Assembly (NCBI GenBank): GCA_004764695.1
Contig: SMSO01000025.1
Span: 248,001 to 312,000 of the forward strand
Reading direction: 5' to 3'
DNA length: 64,000 bases
Source: Schizochytrium sp. TIO01
Lineage: Eukaryota > Protista > Bigyra: Labyrinthulomycetes
In this document: piece after piece, positions 58,257-64,000 of the stretch
Numbering within the stretch: position 1 is the first letter of the stretch
How the letters are laid out: each line of letters opens with the position of its first letter
Position numbers and translations under genes: made by a program
The notes under the pieces: generated by a model
Databases searched by the model: none
What the model saw: only the letters and a program-made list of their open reading frames with translations
Told to the model about the DNA's origin: nothing

Positions 58257-59282
58257 CTATTTGTGTGCTGAATACTCCTCGTCCCCATGCCCAAATTTGT
58301 GTATTTGGCAAAGAGAAACAACATCTTTAATTGCATCTCCCTGAACTGATTTAAGAAGTTGCGTTCCTCGGAAAGTCGCATCAGTTGCGTGATAACCTGC
58401 ACGTTTCTTGATGACTGGGCGCACACGTCCTCCATGCACAGCGCAAAACTGCTCTGGCTTCTGTCCAACAGTCATATGACGATTCGACATGTCTTTGTAA
58501 TGAAGTTTCATGCGCGTGTGCGTCATCTCTACACGTTGATTGTGATTACGATCATGACGAAGGCGCAAATCGTGCAACTTCTCATTTAATTTTGTAAGCT
58601 CAAACTCTTGACGCTCGGAAAGCTTGCGCCTGAGCACATTGCACTTGTGTTGGATTTGATGTTCATGGTGATCAACTTCTCGTGGTCGCTGTTGCGAAAT
58701 AATACGGCCTACAGCCTTGGCATCCTCGAAGCGATCAAGCTTTGAGAGATGTTTTTCGCTGTGCATCAAGTCAAGCAGTCCCTTGGTGTACCGTACACGC
58801 GGACGGTGCATGTTTCTGATATAGTTTTCAAGGTTTGCACGCTGCACCTCGTGAGCATGTTGAAGGTGGCCCAGTCTCGTTTGATTCACTTTTTCCAGAT
58901 CATCGGTCGAAGTTCGATATTGTTGCTGAAGTCCATGGTGAATTTTGCGCTTTGCATCGTCAAACTTTCTTCGTTCATCTGATTGATCCGAGTTTTGTTG
59001 CTCTAATTGAATAGTCAAAAACTCTTGTTGAATATTGTGCAGACGATCACGAACTTTGGCAGCGGCATCATAGTCTCTCACGGCCTCACATTCTTGTTTG
59101 GCGCCCTTCAGTTCCTCCTCGATTGTCGCAGTCAGAATAACAAGATCTCGCGTATCGATGCGATCTCCTTCCTCGACCCCAAAGAGTCCAAAGGCTTCTT
59201 TTAAGCTGTGAACATTGATAAGCTTTTTCCTATCAAGCTTCTTCTCGTTCGGATTGATGGCTAACTCATGCATAGTTGCCAT
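58257..59282 (-). CDS. Coiled-coil protein with UVR-like motifs, possibly flagellar
   Basis: Long helical ORF containing AVRDYDAAAKVRDRL and KLDRFEDAKAV. First ATG is 59282. Confidence 0.6.
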   Translation of the reverse strand: MATMHELAINPNEKKLDRKKLINVHSLKEAFGLFGVEEGDRIDTRDLVILTATIEEELKGAKQECEAVRDYDAAAKVRDRLHNIQQEFLTIQLEQQNSDQSDERRKFDDAKRKIHHGLQQQYRTSTDDLEKVNQTRLGHLQHAHEVQRANLENYIRNMHRPRVRYTKGLLDLMHSEKHLSKLDRFEDAKAVGRIISQQRPREVDHHEHQIQHKCNVLRRKLSERQEFELTKLNEKLHDLRLRHDRNHNQRVEMTHTRMKLHYKDMSNRHMTVGQKPEQFCAVHGGRVRPVIKKRAGYHATDATFRGTQLLKSVQGDAIKDVVSLCQIHKFGHGDEEYSAHK

Positions 59283-60421
59283 CCTGGGGTCAATGAGAAT
59301 GGTGAGAATTGTCTTGTAATCGCAACGCCAAAGCGCACCGACCAAGTGATGAAATGAAATACCTCAATACCTTGAACACAGGTATTCAAAGCAAAAGCTG
59401 AGCAATTTACTTCGACAATGCTAGGCCCCTGCCCCAGCTTTGGTGAAGATATCGTAGCAGCGACCCTGCTTTCCTTCTGCTTGCGAAGTTGTCACAAAAC
59501 TGAATGAACTTGTGTCAACAATGACAAACCTCACAAGGCTAATTCCCAAGAGTGCAATCTATCGAGTCATATCTACGAATGTATTTATTGTCGCACACAG
59601 CACGTGCGCTTGCCATGGCGCGTTCACATTCAAGCGTCGGGAATTGCCAAAAGGAAGTACTCGTTCTCATCTATGGTGTGCATAAATACTTCTCAAATCG
59701 TACCTTCAAATAAAATAGAAAAGTGGTGTTTTCTATATAAGATCTGAACTCCACAATTATGTTAGCGTCCTCCCAAGTGTCCTTGATTTGATTTGACTCC
59801 ATTAATATTTGGCCAAACTCTACGACACCATACAAATGTTCTATGACTTTTCGTGCCATGCACTGAACATTATTGTAATTCCAAAGGCTTTGATTGACCT
59901 CCAGAGACAGCAATAGGAAGACCATACAAAAAACAAAAACGCAATGCAAAGCTCATGTGCGATCCGTTGAGTGTCCGTTTCCTCCCTGATCGGGGGGCAC
60001 TTTGTGAACATGTTAAAATAAATACTTTAAAGTTATAGTATTATTAACATAATTTAGTTAGACGGTACCTTTCCAAGATTTACTTTCTACCCCTCAGATA
60101 TATCCGGTGAAGAAATACGTGCCAAGCCATCTCTCATAAGTTTTTATTGTCCTTGAGGCGCCCCCGGATACTATTTCCATTTGTGGCCGGCGGTGAGCGA
60201 GTGTGAAAGTCTTCGTCTCTGCCCCTGAGTCTGCTGTTAGCTCACATCATCTTGCATTATTGACGCTAGCTTCCCCGACTCGATACGCTCTGCAAGTTCC
60301 TTTTCCGCAGCTTTAACCCTCCTTTAATAGCCCTTTAAACTCCGTTTTACATAGGGTATATTGACTGTGCCTTCCAGCTCAGTTCAGGCATTTTCCAAGG
60401 GACTTCCAAGGTGCTTTGAAT

Positions 60422-60930
60422 GCTCTTTAGCAGGTCTTTTGTAGTGCTACTTTACCGGCCTTTGGGAGGTCCTGTCTGAGTTCGTCTTGGCTTCGCTTCT
60501 TCGTTCTGCGTGTGCATGAACGTACGCAGCAAGCAGTCAAACAGTTTAGCAAAGGACGCGCAGTCAGGCATTCCGACTGTGCACGGCCCATCGCGGCATG
60601 CTCTGGACCTTGAGGTATTTTCCTCTGGAAGACCCGCGCTGTTGACTTTACCAAAGCCAACCAGCTAGTGAGATTGCTCGGCAATTTCAAACTAGCTGCC
60701 GTAAGAATTGATCTGCAGATCAAGGACTCCGAAGCTTTCTGCTGGTTTGACTCTCGGGCACTAGATCCGAGGTGGCTGACTAAAACCAAAACACGCCACA
60801 TCAAGGCGGAGCTAGCCAGGGCCTTTGAGCAAACGTTTTCTGATCGTGAAGAGGGGTCTCAGGTTCGCCCGCCTTCACCTTTCGCGGAGGGGGCGGGCCC
60901 TGAGCTGCCACAGGTTGTTATATTAAGAGC
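60422..60930 (+). ncRNA. Candidate structured non-coding RNA, family unassigned
   Basis: Many nested helices with plus-strand G-U pairs and end-to-end pairing, found by manual folding only; no convincing ORF. Confidence 0.45.
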
Positions 60931-61260
60931 CTTTCTTGACAAGCAAATCCTATTATTTTTTTAGGTATTGCGTGGAGAGAAAATCGTCGAGTCTAGAACC
61001 CTTGAATAATTTGTCTAGACGTAAGATACCTTCAGGGTCTGGTTCAAGCCCGTGGCTGAAGTACTTTGGATCATAGAGTATTTTTGGTCAGTGTGCTGCA
61101 TATCTGCTTCGCAGTAGAAACTATCAAAGGAAAACTGGAGGGAAAGTTTTCTGAAAATCAAGAATTTACAAAATAATTCTAGGTTGCTGCGGAATAAACC
61201 GCTCCAAATCCTGGTGGCTTCATTTTCAGATTAGCCTTGTCTAACAACATAGGTAGCACC

Positions 61261-64000
61261 ATGGGTACAGCAAAGAGCAAGCCAAAGACTGTCACGCCTT
61301 CACAACCGGAAGAAGCTAAACCTGTAATTGATGAAATCAATAAGGAAAATGCAAATCTTAAGTCCGCGAGGGAGCAGCTTGAAAGGGCAAATTCGGAGCT
61401 CAGACACATTTTAGACCAAGCTAAGGAGGAGAACAGTCGCAAAATGCAAGAAATAGAATCGCATAAGACTAAAATTGCCAGTCTAACCGTAGAAATCAAT
61501 CAGCTCAAGTCCGGCGAGGATGACTCATGGGAAGTCACGGGTGCACCGTATCTTAGACCAATGCGTTCGGTTAGGCCAACTGAAAAACGTGTCTCTGGCC
61601 CTACTGAAGATAATTTTCGCATGAACAAGCACAATATCAGCAAACGACTATCTCAAGCTTTGTCGAGCAGTCTTGCAAGTAGTAGTGCAAGCGCAGCAAG
61701 CAGTTTTGGAGGTACAAAGTCCCCTAATGATACTTATAATCGAGGTCCATCCAGAATTGCAAAACAGCTAAATCTTCACCTGCGTGGCAAAAAGAACAAG
61801 GAGATTATTGCGGGCCGTAGCATTGATTTGAATACAGATGCTGACATCAGTGGGGCAAATGGACCTAGTGCAGTCCACCACTTGCCCCGAGGTGGTGTCT
61901 ACGTTTATACTAAAGCAGGCCCTGTACAATTCGGTATTCCTCCTGAGACAGTGAAGGACAGTATGAATCTTGGTCTGGAAGTACCAACACTTTTCGTAGT
62001 CCCTCGTGAGCGTTTCAATATGCAAGCTGGCATCAACGTAAGCGAAATCGAATTCCCTGCCTTTTTTAACTTCTTCGTGCGGAGACGCCAGATGACGCTG
62101 ATCACATATCAAGACTGCTCAGACGATCTCTATACGATCATGAAGGAGGCTCTAGATGGTCCGAATGAGGACCAACTATATATCAATGAGGAGTATTCAC
62201 GATTTGCCCCTGAAGAAATTATGCAGGCGCGGCCAGACCACATGAAGGAAATGGCATATTTCTGTGAACCACGTCCTGGAACTCCAGCCATCAAGATCCC
62301 AAATTTAATTAAATTTGCGTTTTTCAATGCGTTAGGAGAGTGCAGGTTAGACAATGGAGTGGTCATCAAAGATGAAGCATTTGGATTTACCGTATTACAA
62401 GATGACATGATCATTGCGGCAATTTCTGATGATGAAGCGAGTAGTTGCTATTTCCCAGGCACAGACCCAACAACTGCTGTTGCTCGAACGCCCCCCAACT
62501 TTGGTTGTATAGATGAGCAAGAAATGGGCACTCAAGAACCTGTTCGGCAGCCCTCGTCCGAATCGTTCACGATTCCCCGCTTCGGTATGACAATATTAGG
62601 CAATTCTCATGGTTTTGATGCACTTGGGTCGACATCGGGATTTGTCATTTGGATTAACGGGCAGGGTATTATGGTGGATCCTCCTCCTCATAGCGGTGAA
62701 TTTCTGAAGATGAATGGTATCCAGCCGAAGCTCATTACGGCAACTATTCTCACGCATTGCCACGCGGACCATGATGCTGGAACTATCCAGAAGGTTATTA
62801 CGGAGGATAAGGTAACGCTTATGACAACCAAGACAATCTTTCAGTCGTTGTTGCGAAAGTATGCTGGTGTAGCTGGGCTTGGTACCGACTTTCTACGCCA
62901 GCTAGTCAACTTTCGTCCTGTGTTTGTGGAAGAGCCCACGTATTGGGGTGGTGCCTCTTTTCGCTTTTTTTATTCCTTGCATGCCATCCCATGTGTAGGG
63001 TTTGAGGTGAACTTTGAGGGAAAGAGTTTAGTCTACTCTGCAGATACATTTTTTGACCCGGAAGGACTAGAGAAAATGCATGAACGAGGCATCTTAAGTC
63101 GAGCAAGATGTGATGCGCTGCTGAACTTTCCTTTTCATTGCAATCTAGTATTACATGAGGCTGGTGTACCGCCAATTCATACTCCTCTGACAGCTTTCGC
63201 TAAGTTGCCAGACGATCATCGCAAAAATATTCAACTCATCCACATTGGCAACAAGGATCAACCAAATGCGCTTGCTGCTGGCCTCAGCGTCTCTCAGCCT
63301 GGTCTTGAGAATACCGCTATATTGATTCCAAATTCAGATGCACAGGACACATTGCGTTTTATGCAGCTGATTGCAGGTGTAGATATTTTCAAGGGCTTTC
63401 CGATCCCTCAAGCCCTTGAGCTCTTGCTCATGTCAGCCAATGTTGATTATGAGCCCGGTCAAATCATTGCTGCTAAAGGTACACCTGGTGATAAGTTTAT
63501 GGTGATCATGAGCGGCGAGGCCTCGGTGTCTTTTGGAAATACCAAGAAGTTTTTCAAAGTTGGAGATTATTTGGGTGAAATCTCGGTCATTACTGGAGAG
63601 GACCGCACTGCTACGATTGTAGCCGAGACTCAGTGTACCATTGTGGAAGTGGACAAATATGCATTTCATTATTTCCTAATGAAGGACAAAAAGTTATACA
63701 CCAAGATGGAGTGCTTGGTGCGTAGTCGAATGGATGGTAGTTGGCACGCCATTGCACGTAACTCGTTACTACGAAGACTTTCTGCAGCACAGAAGACAAG
63801 CCTGCAGGCCTTTTTACATAGACGGCAGTTTAACCGGGGTGACGACGTTTGGAAGAAGGGTAGTACTGGTCATGGAGCAGTGCTAATTCTTTCTGGAGAT
63901 TTTGTGTTCGAAGAAGTACACAACGCAGACCCTTATGAACTTCTTACAGCAACTCGTCATCCTCACCAAAAGCGCTTTGACCAAGATATGGATTCGTTCG
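61261..64000 (+). CDS. Myristoylated coiled-coil + metallo-beta-lactamase + cNMP-binding protein (putative cyclic-nucleotide phosphodiesterase); 3' end beyond window
   Basis: My translation from ATG 61261: MGTAKSK, LPRGGVYV..GPVQFGIPPETVKDSM, ILGNSHGFD..GSTSGFVIWING.GIMVDPP, THCHADH (62752-62772), HEAGVPPIHT, cNMP motifs GTPGDKFMVIMSG and GDYLGEIS...RTATIVA. It is absent from the ORF track, consistent with no stop inside the window. Confidence 0.88.
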   Translation, partial: MGTAKSKPKTVTPSQPEEAKPVIDEINKENANLKSAREQLERANSELRHILDQAKEENSRKMQEIESHKTKIASLTVEINQLKSGEDDSWEVTGAPYLRPMRSVRPTEKRVSGPTEDNFRMNKHNISKRLSQALSSSLASSSASAASSFGGTKSPNDTYNRGPSRIAKQLNLHLRGKKNKEIIAGRSIDLNTDADISGANGPSAVHHLPRGGVYVYTKAGPVQFGIPPETVKDSMNLGLEVPTLFVVPRERFNMQAGINVSEIEFPAFFNFFVRRRQMTLITYQDCSDDLYTIMKEALDGPNEDQLYINEEYSRFAPEEIMQARPDHMKEMAYFCEPRPGTPAIKIPNLIKFAFFNALGECRLDNGVVIKDEAFGFTVLQDDMIIAAISDDEASSCYFPGTDPTTAVARTPPNFGCIDEQEMGTQEPVRQPSSESFTIPRFGMTILGNSHGFDALGSTSGFVIWINGQGIMVDPPPHSGEFLKMNGIQPKLITATILTHCHADHDAGTIQKVITEDKVTLMTTKTIFQSLLRKYAGVAGLGTDFLRQLVNFRPVFVEEPTYWGGASFRFFYSLHAIPCVGFEVNFEGKSLVYSADTFFDPEGLEKMHERGILSRARCDALLNFPFHCNLVLHEAGVPPIHTPLTAFAKLPDDHRKNIQLIHIGNKDQPNALAAGLSVSQPGLENTAILIPNSDAQDTLRFMQLIAGVDIFKGFPIPQALELLLMSANVDYEPGQIIAAKGTPGDKFMVIMSGEASVSFGNTKKFFKVGDYLGEISVITGEDRTATIVAETQCTIVEVDKYAFHYFLMKDKKLYTKMECLVRSRMDGSWHAIARNSLLRRLSAAQKTSLQAFLHRRQFNRGDDVWKKGSTGHGAVLILSGDFVFEEVHNADPYELLTATRHPHQKRFDQDMDSF

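Noticed and set aside
59347-59401. GTGATGA...CTGA as a C/D snoRNA
   Set aside because: Only ~55 nt, no terminal stem, no recognisable rRNA guide; lies in the leader of the minus-strand gene.
60121-60750. RNase MRP assignment from GAAAGTCTTCG / CGAAGCTTT pairing
   Set aside because: CR-V conserved A residues and the GARAR P8 loop are absent and P2/P3 are poor; kept only as part of the unassigned RNA candidate.
60835-60860. GATCGTGAAG resembling U1 loop I
   Set aside because: No adjacent ATACTTACC 5' end, no ATTGCAC loop II, and a weak stem.

Overview
Eukaryotic, intron-poor nuclear DNA. Long single-exon genes, microsatellite-rich spacers and the gene set suggest a thraustochytrid/labyrinthulomycete stramenopile such as Aurantiochytrium (inference, not verified). 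I can support 16 protein genes: mitochondrial uL4, QTRT2, MSH2, a secreted tandem vWD-like protein, NOP2, a PH+EDR2-C protein, an At5g03900-like membrane protein, a lipid-anchored C2+sterol glucosyltransferase, a longin-fold protein, AFG1+EF-hand, an alpha/beta hydrolase, TRAPPC11, a TSNAXIP1-like protein, a SET/MYND-like+TPR+2OG-Fe(II) oxygenase, a coiled-coil protein, and a cNMP-binding metallo-beta-lactamase that runs off the window end. Three genes are split by single-base frame breaks at homopolymers, probably assembly errors. I found no tRNA, rRNA, CRISPR array or intact transposon. The most notable unexplained feature is a ~510-nt non-coding segment (60422-60930) that folds by eye into a closed multi-branched RNA with plus-strand G-U pairs and matches no family I recognise. 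Other points of interest are an MSH2 apparently lacking domain I, several unusual domain fusions, and decayed gene relics in the long spacers.
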